Positions 9,849-19,189 of a DNA stretch of 64,000 nucleotides are shown here, piece after piece. The notes beneath the pieces are model-generated. The model did not search any database. It was not told where the DNA came from and was given only the letters and a program-made list of their open reading frames with translations. The translations under genes and the position numbers were made by a program. Position 1 is the first letter of the stretch. Each line of letters begins with the position of its first letter. Source of the DNA: a virus; IMG/VR virus record IMGVR_UViG_3300045988_161245, positions 96,001 through 160,000 of that record. One strand, given 5' to 3'.

Positions 9849-10238
9849 ATGAAATATTTAACAGAAAAAGAATTTGAAAAAGAAATGACTCAGATCAAAC
9901 AGCAAAAGCGTCAATATGAAATGAGAAAAGAACTTAGAGAAGCAAAACGCAGATTTCCTAAGTTTAAGAAACCAAGAACAAGTAAGATGGTGTTATGGAC
10001 TGTGATTGCTATTTGTATACAGATTTTATGGTTTACAGAACATATGGCAACTATTACAGGTGACACAAGTTTTATGTATGCACTTGTCGCTATTCCTGCC
10101 TCATTAATTCCAACTGTTTTAAGTTATATGAAAAATAGTCGTGTGGAACATCAAATGGGACAGTTTGAAAATCCGATAGAGACTCCATATGTAACTTTAG
10201 ACTTAAATAATGAAGAAGAAAATAAAGCAGCCGGTTAA
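9849..10238 (+). CDS. membrane protein (2 TM)
   Basis: Basic N-terminus followed by two hydrophobic spans (MVLWTVIAICIQILWF, FMYALVAIPASLIPTVL). Confidence 0.5.
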   Translation: MKYLTEKEFEKEMTQIKQQKRQYEMRKELREAKRRFPKFKKPRTSKMVLWTVIAICIQILWFTEHMATITGDTSFMYALVAIPASLIPTVLSYMKNSRVEHQMGQFENPIETPYVTLDLNNEEENKAAG

Positions 10239-10251
10239 AGAGGTGAAATGA

Positions 10252-10548
10252 ATGAATACAAATACTTTTATTATGTTATTTGCAATTTATAGTATTGCAA
10301 CAGGACTTGTAGTTGAGACAATTAAAAAATTACTTGATGAAGCAAATAGAAAATATGCTTCCAATTTACTTGCTTTTATTGTTGCAATTGTTATCGGAAC
10401 TGTAGGAACACTTGTATATTACCAGTTATATGGTATTGCTTTTGATGTAAACAATATTATTTGTGCAGTGCTACTTGGAATTTTAAGTGGTATTGGTGCA
10501 ATGGTTGGTTTTGATAAAGTAAAACAGTTTATTGGACAGATTAAATAA
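10252..10548 (+). CDS. holin-like small membrane protein (3 TM)
   Basis: 98 aa with three hydrophobic segments and a charged loop. RBS agaggtga. Lies far from the endolysin. Confidence 0.45.
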   Translation: MNTNTFIMLFAIYSIATGLVVETIKKLLDEANRKYASNLLAFIVAIVIGTVGTLVYYQLYGIAFDVNNIICAVLLGILSGIGAMVGFDKVKQFIGQIK

Positions 10549-10569
10549 AGAGTAAAAGGATGATTTTAT

Positions 10570-10803
10570 ATGGAATTTGAGAAAAGAACAGAATCAGAAC
10601 ATGAAAAATGGATTGCAGGAAATAATTATAAATATGAATTAAATACATTCTATGATTTCTGGGGAATTAATAAAAACGATTTTTTTGAAATAACTTCTGA
10701 AATTATTTCTTTATTAAAAACAAAAGGACTCACTATGAGGCAAGCCCAAATTGTTTTAATGAGATGTAAAGAGCTTATATTAGATGCAGTCAATGTAGAT
10801 TAG
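10570..10803 (+). CDS. hypothetical protein
   Basis: ORF with RBS aaaggatga. Confidence 0.4.
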   Translation: MEFEKRTESEHEKWIAGNNYKYELNTFYDFWGINKNDFFEITSEIISLLKTKGLTMRQAQIVLMRCKELILDAVNVD

Positions 10804-10961
10804 TGCTGCAGAAATTCATTGATGATTAAATCGTAAGCATCAATAAAAGTATTAGCAACATTACTTGTATCGTGGTTGTGATTTCGTTCTGTGATTTGCA
10901 ATGCAATTTGTTTAGCAATTTCTTCTTTCTCATTATCTTTAAGCTCCTTAAAATTTCTCAT
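10800..10961 (-). CDS. small acidic protein
   Basis: Internal ATG preceded by the perfect SD aaggagg. Convergent with 10570..10803. Confidence 0.45.
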   Translation of the reverse strand: MRNFKELKDNEKEEIAKQIALQITERNHNHDTSNVANTFIDAYDLIINEFLQH

Positions 10962-11047
10962 ATCAAAATCCTCCTTAGTAAAATTTGTTTTGTTTCTATT
11001 AATTATACGAGTAAAAATAATTAAAATCACATGATTAAAGGAAATTT

Positions 11048-11617
11048 ATGACAGAAAAATTATACCTGACCTCTCCTATACCACCATCAGTTAACCATTA
11101 TACTTCTGTACGTACCATAATGAAAAATGGTAGACCACTTTCAATGGTATATGAGACTAAAGAAGCGAAGGATTATAAAAAAGCATTCAAGAAAATAATC
11201 GAGGATGAAGTTAAAAAACAGAATTGGACCAGAGAGGTAAATGATACACAGCATTTTTTTATAGATGCTGTTTTTTATTTCGATAGAATTGATAAAGATT
11301 GTGCAAACTATGAAAAATGCTTAGATGATACAATCACAGAAACACAGCTAATATGGAAGGATGATAATGTAGCACTCTTCCGCCCTCAGAGAATTTACTA
11401 CGACAAGGATAATCCAAGAATTGAACTGACTATTTATCCTGTTGAATATATTGGAATCTTTGATAATGACGATGATAAGGTGAAATTCGAAGATAAGTGT
11501 AAGACATGTAAACGCTATGCAAGAAATTGCAGTTTACTAAGAAAAGCTATTGAAGGAAGGGTTCAACCGGAAATCAAGGATTATGTATGTGAAAAATACT
11601 TTGAAATGAAAAATTAA
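11048..11617 (+). CDS. rusA: RusA-family Holliday junction resolvase with C-terminal Cys-rich extension
   Basis: The motifs PPSVNHY, DKDCANYEKCLDD, IWKDDNV and RIELTIY parallel E. coli RusA PPSNNRY, RRDLDNLQKAAFD, WLDDAQV and RLELTI. Confidence 0.7.
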   Translation: MTEKLYLTSPIPPSVNHYTSVRTIMKNGRPLSMVYETKEAKDYKKAFKKIIEDEVKKQNWTREVNDTQHFFIDAVFYFDRIDKDCANYEKCLDDTITETQLIWKDDNVALFRPQRIYYDKDNPRIELTIYPVEYIGIFDNDDDKVKFEDKCKTCKRYARNCSLLRKAIEGRVQPEIKDYVCEKYFEMKN

Positions 11618-11634
11618 ATATTGGAAAAATTATT

Positions 11635-11814
11635 ATGTACTCTTATGAGATTAGTGAACTATTAACAAGAAGTAACTATAGAATTCCATCGGATGTTTAT
11701 TGGAAAATATGTGAATCACCACAGGTATGCAGAGTTAAATATAATCCATATGGTGATTGTATAGAAATTTGGACATCCGATGGAAACTATTGGAAAGTTA
11801 CTGTTTATGAGTAA
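11635..11814 (+). CDS. small hypothetical protein (59 aa)
   Basis: Below the ORF-track cutoff. It fills the gap between rusA and the next gene. Confidence 0.35.
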   Translation: MYSYEISELLTRSNYRIPSDVYWKICESPQVCRVKYNPYGDCIEIWTSDGNYWKVTVYE

Positions 11815-11847
11815 AAGGAAAAATTGTTTGAAAAGGAGTAATTAACT

Positions 11848-12402
11848 ATGAAAGATATTACCGTACAGGAATTTATTAATACATATAATAAGAAGGAATC
11901 CGATCAGGAAAAGCAGGATTACATTGAATCTATGGTAAAAATTGAATATATGCCGATTAATACAAAAATGACTCTTGCTGAAAAAATTGTTGAAAACGCA
12001 TATTGGAAAGATGTTGAGAAAAAGGATATTGTAAGCGTCAGCTCTCCAGTTAGACATGTGCTTCATGTGTACACGATTATTAACAACTATACATATATTC
12101 ATATGGACAATAAGACTATGGCCGAAGATTATGACTATCTTAACAGAGACGGACTTGTTGTAGAACTTATTAAAGCAATTGGTAATGATGTCAAAGAATT
12201 TACAGCTATTGAGGAAATGACTGCACAGGATTTTATGACTAATCATTATGGAACACAGGCATTTATTCAGAACCAGGTTACCAGACTGAATGATGTGTTG
12301 AAACAGGTTGGTACTTCTCTCGCACCAGTATTTGCTGAAGCGATGAAAGATATTAGTAAGGAAGATATTATAAAGCTTGTTAAAGCGATTTCTTCAAAAT
12401 AA
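11848..12402 (+). CDS. tail assembly chaperone candidate
   Basis: RBS aaaggag. Assigned by its position just upstream of the TMP gene. Confidence 0.35.
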   Translation: MKDITVQEFINTYNKKESDQEKQDYIESMVKIEYMPINTKMTLAEKIVENAYWKDVEKKDIVSVSSPVRHVLHVYTIINNYTYIHMDNKTMAEDYDYLNRDGLVVELIKAIGNDVKEFTAIEEMTAQDFMTNHYGTQAFIQNQVTRLNDVLKQVGTSLAPVFAEAMKDISKEDIIKLVKAISSK

Positions 12403-12477
12403 AATATGAACATTTAGTTAAGATCCATGGCTGTCAAAGGTCATGGAGCTTTTTACAGTTTGAATAGGAGTTAAAAT

Positions 12478-13011
12478 ATGATTTCATTAAAAATTAACGC
12501 TTCTAATCTCAATAAGGCGGCTAGAAAATTTAGAAAATTAGCTGATAGTATTGAGACTGCAGAAAAGAAAACAAATGAAGAAATACCTAAAAAGGCTGCT
12601 CCTGAGATTGAAAATGCAAGCAGGTTCGCAGTTGAAGATTGGTATATGTCATTCAATCCTGAATACTATGAAAGAACTGAATCCCTATTAAATGTATATG
12701 ATGTAAAGCCATTATCAGGGGAAATTAATGTTAATTTAAGCTCTGATGAATTAGGTGGACATAGAGTAGGTAATGACTACATTTATGAGTATATATTTAA
12801 ACAAGGTTATCACGGTGGAGCCATTGATGGTCCTGAACATCCAGCTCCTGGAACTCCATATTGGAGAACAGGATTTAATTTTTCAGAATGGGGAAGACCT
12901 GCTCCAAAAACAACTTCTGCTTATATGCTTATGCAGAAATACATTAGTGAAAAGAAAGATCCAATTAAGGAACTTACGTGGAGTACGTTTATTGGATATC
13001 TAAAATGGTAA
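12478..13011 (+). CDS. hypothetical tail-module protein
   Basis: RBS taggag. Lies directly before the TMP gene. Confidence 0.3.
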   Translation: MISLKINASNLNKAARKFRKLADSIETAEKKTNEEIPKKAAPEIENASRFAVEDWYMSFNPEYYERTESLLNVYDVKPLSGEINVNLSSDELGGHRVGNDYIYEYIFKQGYHGGAIDGPEHPAPGTPYWRTGFNFSEWGRPAPKTTSAYMLMQKYISEKKDPIKELTWSTFIGYLKW

Positions 13012-13029
13012 GAAAGGAAGTGAATTTAT

Positions 13030-14721
13030 ATGCCTAATGAAGATTTTAGTATAAAAACTGGTATAGAGGTTGATGATAGTAAAGTCAGCCAATTAAAAAG
13101 TATTGCTGATGAGCTTGAAAAAACAGCGAAAGCTTTACAGAAAATTAATAACGTAAAATTTAATGGTGATATTTTCTCTGGGTTGACAAATGCAGGAAAA
13201 AATATTCAAAACGTCACTAAAGAGATTGATAAATTACAGAAGTCTGCCAATGGTGCTGGAAAACCATTAAACAACATTGGAAAAGGCGCAGAAAGTATTG
13301 TTTCAGGAAACTCAACGCAGTTTACATTATTAGATTTAACTTCTATTGATGTAATTAAATCAAGTATGAGTGAAATTGCAGACTCTGCTCAGAATCTTAA
13401 AGAAGCATTAGGATCAGAAGTTACTTCCGGATTAATGACTCAGATTGATGCTATGTTGGCGAAAAAAGATGAGTTACAAAATCTTGCGAACATTTTGAAA
13501 AGCAATAAGGAAGATTTAAATAAGGCTGCGAAAGCAACTGGAAGTAGTAATAAGAAGTCTACAAATAACACATCGTCTTCCACTTCTACTAAAACCCCAA
13601 AATATGTAACTGACCAGTCTTATGTTGGTGATTATAAGACACTTGCAGATAATGAAGCTTTTGTTCATACTCTTAGTACGTTTAGACATAATACAACAGA
13701 AGCTCAAGCCGCCATAGAAGAACGAAATAAAGTTATGGCAAGAGTAAACGCAAAAACACCACAGAACACTTCTGAAATAAATGCAAAGCAGAGATTTGAT
13801 GATATTGATAAGACTATCACAGACAATCTTAGTAAATACGGAAATCGAATTCAGAGCGCCTATGATGCTTTCGACAAGATAAAAGTAGACAAAAGTGGCA
13901 TCGCTGGAATTGAAGATGTATTTAAATCCAGTGAAGAACAGATTAATAAATGGGCTACTGCTGTCGCAAAAGGCAAAATGGGCATTAGTGAATTTGAGAA
14001 GAAAGTCGGTGGATTAAGTGGATCTGTTGGTAGTATTGGTAAAATCATTGATCCTGCAAGTATCACAGATGCAAAAATGGAATTGGAAAGTTATCTGAAA
14101 GAACTTACTAATGTACAGGATATTACTTTTAGTGGATTTACAGAAAAGAATGGAATTGTTTCGCTAAAAGGTACATTTAAGGATAGTGCCGGTGAAGCGC
14201 AGACTTTAAGTGTCCAATTAAATACACTGAATGGACAGATTAAAAATCTTGGAACTTCTGTAAAACCTGTTGAAAGTGGACTAAGTAAATTCTTCTCAGG
14301 TTGGAAAGAAAAAATGGTAAACCTTGCCCAATATTTGACTTCATTCCAGGCAATGAATCAAGTTTGGAATACGTTCAAGCAAGGTTTAGAAATAGTTAAA
14401 GAATTTGATACTGCTCTTACAGAAATGCGAAAAGTATCAGATGAGCCAATCAGTAAGCTGAAAGAATTTCAGAAGGAAAGCTTTGATATGGCTAAGAGCG
14501 TTGGTACTACTGCTCTACAGATTCAGAACAGTACCGCCGATTTCCAGAGGCTCGGAGAATCATTCTCGGATGCCAAGCAGTCAGCTGTAAATGCTAATAA
14601 ATTATTAAATGTATCAGAGTTTGATAATATTGATGATGCAACTTCTGCGCTGATTTCTATGAAAGCTGCGTATAGCGAAGTTGCAGAGTCAGATTTGGTG
14701 GATAAGGTCAACCAAGTAGGT
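13030..14721 (+). CDS. tape measure protein, exon 1
   Basis: Coiled-coil-rich. Ends ..DLVDKVNQVG, which joins exon 2 (NNFSISTDGLASALQRSASAL) to rebuild the conserved TMP core motif. The ORF tail SIMPKHMVTCGVLPC is read-through into the intron. Confidence 0.75.
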
Positions 14722-14853
14722 GTCAGTATTATGCCTAAACACATGGTAACATGTGGGGTTTTACCCTGTTGATAACTATATCGGTAAACGTCTAGCGATA
14801 GATAATACCGAGGTAAGATATTTTAGAATTATATTATGATTAAAGGAGAAGTT

Positions 14854-15027
14854 ATGAAAGATAGTAAATTATATTGTTGTTTTTCAGTTCCACTCAGAGA
14901 TTATTTGATTTCAAATGGTCTTAGGTATGAGGTGTGTGCAAAAAATCCAAATACAGATAATTTGATGTGGATTTTTATTCGAACAGAAAAGCTTAATTCT
15001 CTTTTAAAGCAATGGAGTAATAAATAA
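14854..15027 (+). CDS. intron-encoded DUF5659-like small protein
   Basis: SD aaaggag lies before ATG 14854. Paralog of 5..259. Confidence 0.55.
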   Translation: MKDSKLYCCFSVPLRDYLISNGLRYEVCAKNPNTDNLMWIFIRTEKLNSLLKQWSNK

Positions 15028-15063
15028 TATTATTAATTTTTTAATGAAAGGTATGGATTTATT

Positions 15064-16377
15064 ATGGCAAGACCATCTAATAAAAGTTTTGGAACATGGT
15101 GTGAAGAAAATAATTTAACATATATGATTGATTTATGGGATAATAAATTAAATAAATGCTCACCATATGATATTGCTATGTCAACTGCACATAAGTACTA
15201 CTTTAAATGCAATAGAGGTATTCACGAAAGTGAATTAACATCAATATGCAATATTACTGGCGAAAAGCATTATAGAGTACATTGTAGAAAGTGCAATTCA
15301 TTTGGGCAATGGTGCATTGATAATTCTAAACAAGAATTATTGAATAGGTGGGATAAAAAATTAAATAATTTGGATCCGTTTGACGTTCCATATGGTTCTG
15401 GTAAAAAATATTGGTTTACATGTCCTGTAAATAATCCTAACCACCCAAGTGAACAAAAAATGTTATCTAATGTTGTTCGTCAATCAGGTTCACAAAGATG
15501 TTTAGGATGTGAATCATTTGGACAATGGTGTATTGATAATGTGGATAAAGATTTTATGACAAAATATTGGTCCGATAAAAATACTATTAATCCATTTACA
15601 TTTACATTTCGTTCAGATAGAAAAGTATATATTAAATGCCAGAAAACATCATATCATGACGATTATCTAATTTCTTGTGCTAATTTTGTAAAAGGAAAAA
15701 GATGTTCTTATTGCACTCCTAAAGGACCTACTAAAGTACATAAGTTTGACTCTGTTGGATATAAATTCCCAGATATTTTTAAAATATGGTCAAGTAAAAA
15801 TAAGTATACTCCTTATAATTATACTTTTAGATCGAATAAAAAAGTATTATTTGATTGTCCAAAACATGGTGAATATGAACGAAAAATATGTGATATGTAT
15901 TCATCCTATTTTAAGTGTCCAATGTGCGTACAAGAAGAATCAGCTTCTAAATTACAATATAAAGTAAATTTATATTTAGAATCTCTTGGGTATAAACCTC
16001 TTCACGAACATAATTGCAATCTTCTTCCAAGAAACCCACTAACAAATGCAATTCTTCCATATGATAATGAAATACCAGAATTAAAATTAATTATTGAAGT
16101 AAATGGTATGCAACATTATGAAATAAGTCAGTTTACAGTTTTGTCATCTATGTCGTCAGGAAAAACTCCAGAAGAATGTCTTCAGTATCAAGGAGAGAAA
16201 GATGATTATAAAAGACAATATGCTATAGAGCATGGATATTATTTCTTAGAAATACCATATTTTCTTGATATTGCTTCAGAACCATATAAATATGCAATTG
16301 ATATAGCAATTGATCAATGTAAAGAAAAAATAAGAAATTCTAAAATATCAACCGTAACGACTGCAGGATGTATGTAG
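15064..16377 (+). CDS. intron-encoded homing-endonuclease-like protein (repeated Zn-ribbon modules + PD-(D/E)XK/Vsr-like C-terminus)
   Basis: Four repeats of W..N......WD.KLN..P.D...GS.KKYWF.C plus CxxC, resembling DUF4379 (from memory). The C-terminus LPYDNEIPELKLIIEVNGMQH matches the nuclease core of 541..1497. Confidence 0.65.
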   Translation: MARPSNKSFGTWCEENNLTYMIDLWDNKLNKCSPYDIAMSTAHKYYFKCNRGIHESELTSICNITGEKHYRVHCRKCNSFGQWCIDNSKQELLNRWDKKLNNLDPFDVPYGSGKKYWFTCPVNNPNHPSEQKMLSNVVRQSGSQRCLGCESFGQWCIDNVDKDFMTKYWSDKNTINPFTFTFRSDRKVYIKCQKTSYHDDYLISCANFVKGKRCSYCTPKGPTKVHKFDSVGYKFPDIFKIWSSKNKYTPYNYTFRSNKKVLFDCPKHGEYERKICDMYSSYFKCPMCVQEESASKLQYKVNLYLESLGYKPLHEHNCNLLPRNPLTNAILPYDNEIPELKLIIEVNGMQHYEISQFTVLSSMSSGKTPEECLQYQGEKDDYKRQYAIEHGYYFLEIPYFLDIASEPYKYAIDIAIDQCKEKIRNSKISTVTTAGCM

Positions 16378-16544
16378 TAATATATGTGTTGAAGTTATCC
16401 GTCCTTATATTATAAGGATGTAATATACAGTCTGAACTCACGCAATAATCTAAATTTTATGAAACGTGAGACATAGGTAGAAATGCCTATGCGCCATACT
16501 AATTTTGTGTGGTTAGTAGAGCTTGTCTCGAAAGTAACAGCTTG

Positions 16545-17321
16545 AATAATTTTTCCATCTCCACCGATGGGTTAGCATCAGCATTACAAAGATCAGCATC
16601 TGCTCTTAAAACAGCAGGTAATAATATAGACGAAAGTATAGGATTAATTACGGCAGGCAACCAGGTTGTGCAGGACCCAGAATCCGTTGGTGCCGCAATG
16701 AGAACGATTGCTCTCCGTCTAACAGGAACAAGCGTTGCCGTTCAGCAATTGCAAGAACTTGGCGAAGAGACAGATGGTGTTGTAACAACTGTTTCTAAGC
16801 TTAGAGACGTAATTATGAGCGCAACAAAAGTCGCTTCTAATGGTTTTAAAGGTATAGATATTCTTGATAATAACGGAAACTACCGTTCAACGGCAAGTGT
16901 ATTACAGGATATAGCAGATATCTATAATGAGATCGAAGAAACCGATAAAAAGACCAAAAGTAACAATGTAAATCTTTTGCTTGAAACAATTGCCGGCAAA
17001 AACCGCGCAAATACAGCTGCTAGTATATTGCAGTCACCTGATATTTTAAGGGAAGCAATCGAGTCATCAAAAAATGCGAAAGGCTCGGCAGATCGTGAAA
17101 ATGAGACGTATTTATCTTCGTTAGAAGCTCATATCACCCAACTTCAAACACAGCTCCAAGAGCTTGCAACAGTAACTATCAACTCAGATATGTTTAAAGG
17201 CGTAATAGATACAGCAACCGCCTTTCTTAACATCGTAACTCAGATCCTGGATAAACTTCCACTGCTCTCAACAGCAATTGGTGGTCTTGCAGGATTTAAA
17301 CTTTCAAAAGCAGGTCTGGGT
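16545..17321 (+). CDS. tape measure protein, exon 2
   Basis: NNFSISTDGLASALQRSASALKTAGNNIDESIGLITAGNQVVQDPESVGAAMRTIALRLTG is the typical TMP core. The ORF tail KQLNIKLVSI lies beyond the proposed splice site. Confidence 0.75.
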
Positions 17322-17733
17322 AAACAGCTTAACATAAAGTTAGTTTCAATTTAAAATTTTATCGTAGTTAAGATGCCCATTTGATATGCTGCTGTCATAA
17401 TCGCGACAGTTAGTATAGAACTTGTTCAAGATGGTGATTCGACACCTATTGACAGACCTTTAGCCTTAGAGCTATAAAGCCGAATATCGGAGGAAGCCGT
17501 AATCCACATCACTGTGGTACCTTAGTTCTGAAAATGAATGAAAGGGATATATTGAAGATGGTAGTTCCGACACGTTAGCAAGCACATATGTTTAAATTTA
17601 CAAAAGTGGATGATAAATTCACGAATAAAACGCAATTATAAAAGGAAGAAAGAAATAGAGAGTAGAAAGTTGCAGGTAACAACTCTCCACTCTCTTAAAA
17701 GACTAAAAGGAGATTACAAAAATATGAACTAAA

Positions 17734-17907
17734 CTATTTATTATTTTGGGTGTCATCCTTATAGAATTCTCCAGACATGTCAAATCCTTTCAGGAATCCA
17801 AAATGGATGTGAAAGTTTTTCATGTTCTTAGATGGTATTCTGCGGATTAGCGACCATAGGATTAATAATCCTACAAGAGTTAAAACGAATAGAAATACAT
17901 CTTCCAT
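17734..17907 (-). CDS. small hydrophobic protein (57 aa)
   Basis: Perfect SD aggaaggaggtga lies before the ATG. One TM segment (FLFVLTLVGLLILWSLI). Below the ORF-track cutoff. Confidence 0.35.
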   Translation of the reverse strand: MEDVFLFVLTLVGLLILWSLIRRIPSKNMKNFHIHFGFLKGFDMSGEFYKDDTQNNK

Positions 17908-18364
17908 ATCTCACCTCCTTCCTGTACGAAAGTATCAAGAAAGAGATTTGATGTTGGGAGAATCCCATAGAAATGAATATAATATTTAGAGTACTTCATT
18001 TTAGACAATCTCATTTCTGGTACAAATTGCGTACCAATAATTCAATACTACATGACGACTGTCAGATATACTGTCGTGCAACGGATCATAATGTAGAACT
18101 GTGATCACAAGTATATCTGACTTTGATTGTAGTATAATTGTCTATTTTTGTAAATCCAGAACATATGTGTTTTCATGTAAAAGTGTAGTTTTACAGTTAA
18201 CGTGCGAGAGGCTGACAAAGCATATTATATGTGGCGTTACAACATATAGTATAATATACAGTCCAACCAGGGAAAGCCTGGGTAGCATGATGGATCGAAT
18301 AGTATGGATAGAACCGTGAGGTTACTACTCGCTTACTACCTGAAATGCACTAACTGCACATATT

Positions 18365-18392
18365 CACCACGGCTTGCAAACGTGGTGTTTTT
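18365..18392 (+). terminator. intrinsic terminator inside the intervening element
   Basis: 7-bp stem caccacg/cgtggtg followed by TTTTT. Confidence 0.6.
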
Positions 18393-18424
18393 ATTATTTT
18401 ATTGAAAAAGAAGGTGAATATTTT

Positions 18425-18616
18425 ATGTGTGTTAAAATTTTTGATCATATTTTTTTAATAAGTAATTATGAGGTTATAGATTATTATAATAATGAAGAGG
18501 TAAATAAATTACATAGCCAAATATTACTTTCACCTCAAGATATAAAGGAGTATTTTGAATGGCTCTTTATAAAAGGTAAACATTATTTTTGCGGTCATCC
18601 AGGAGGATTATTGTGA
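18425..18616 (+). CDS. small partner protein, copy 1 (paralog of 29819..30037)
   Basis: SD agaaggtga. MCVKIFDHIFLISNYEV..QDIKEYFEWL compares with MYVKFFDCELFIDSHEI..NNVKDLVEEFL. Its 3' end overlaps the convergent hydrolase gene by 9 nt. Confidence 0.5.
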   Translation: MCVKIFDHIFLISNYEVIDYYNNEEVNKLHSQILLSPQDIKEYFEWLFIKGKHYFCGHPGGLL

Positions 18617-19150
18617 TCTTAAAACAACTGTATTAATATTTGTATTTACATTATTATTTACTTTTGCTCTATCATTTATTATTATTTTCATATCATTAAT
18701 AATGTTAGAAAAATCTTTTTGAGTATCTACAAATAAATCAAAGTCATAATCACCTATAGCCATATAATTTATCGGTAGTAATTTACTAATACGACATTGA
18801 TGTTTTTCAGTACCTATAAGATATATTTGTGGTATTTTACACTTATTAAATCCTACAATAAGTAAATGAATTCCATCATTTGATGCATGATTTTCTTCAT
18901 AATCTTTCACTTCTTTATATACGCATTCTACATCATTTGTGTCTAATAATATTGATTTAATTTCTAAATATATTTTTAGGCAATCAAAATCATTTTTACT
19001 ACCAGCATAAGCAATAACAACTTTATCACTAATTTGATAAATCTTATTCTCGTTTTCAGTAACTATATTACTGTTTTTATCAACGATTCTGGAATCACCG
19101 CACACAATGATATCATTATCTTTAGATATTGCAGCAATAACTAGACTCAT
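18608..19150 (-). CDS. HslV/proteasome-beta-like Ntn hydrolase, Ser1 type, copy 1
   Basis: M-SLVIAAISKDNDIIVCGDSR..NKIYQISDKVVIAYAGSKNDFD..YMAIGD aligns with HslV [49 protein letters not shown]. Confidence 0.65.
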   Translation of the reverse strand: MSLVIAAISKDNDIIVCGDSRIVDKNSNIVTENENKIYQISDKVVIAYAGSKNDFDCLKIYLEIKSILLDTNDVECVYKEVKDYEENHASNDGIHLLIVGFNKCKIPQIYLIGTEKHQCRISKLLPINYMAIGDYDFDLFVDTQKDFSNIINDMKIIINDRAKVNNNVNTNINTVVLRSQ

Positions 19151-19189
19151 GTTATACCTCCAATTTTATATTTTAAATATGTTAAAAAA

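Larger units (their letters stand above)
14722..16544 (+). ncRNA. group I intron 1 in the TMP gene, carrying two ORFs
   Basis: The 5' splice site follows U14721. P1 pairs UAGGU with GCCUA (14733-14737) and includes a U.G wobble. A GUAA-capped hairpin cacatg/catgtg is present. The S-like element AAUAUACAGUCUGAAC lies at 16422-16437. The last nucleotide is G16544, and the exon junction is in frame. Confidence 0.7.

Noticed and set aside
11848-13011. Programmed -1 frameshift between the two pre-TMP genes (G/GT-type chaperone).
   Set aside because: The ORFs are separated by 75 nt that contain a hairpin and a separate SD. No slippery heptamer was seen at the end of 11848..12402.
14722-14772. C-terminal tail of ORF 13030..14772 (SIMPKHMVTCGVLPC), and the N-terminal extension of ORF 16509..17354.
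   Set aside because: These are read-through into intron 1. The conserved TMP motif is only restored by joining 14721 to 16545.
17428-17450. tRNA-like T-arm (ggtgattcgacacc).
   Set aside because: The loop length and sequence do not fit TPsiC. No acceptor, D or anticodon arms could be built around it.
18101-18319. 72-aa plus-strand ORF in the non-coding part of the intervening element.
   Set aside because: It has no RBS and a GTG-type start in the ORF track. It overlaps the ribozyme-like S element and hairpins.
18199-18330. Possible group II intron, because of a gtgcg pentamer.
   Set aside because: No domain V-like hairpin, no reverse transcriptase/maturase ORF and no AY 3' end near an exon. 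The surrounding elements look like group I.
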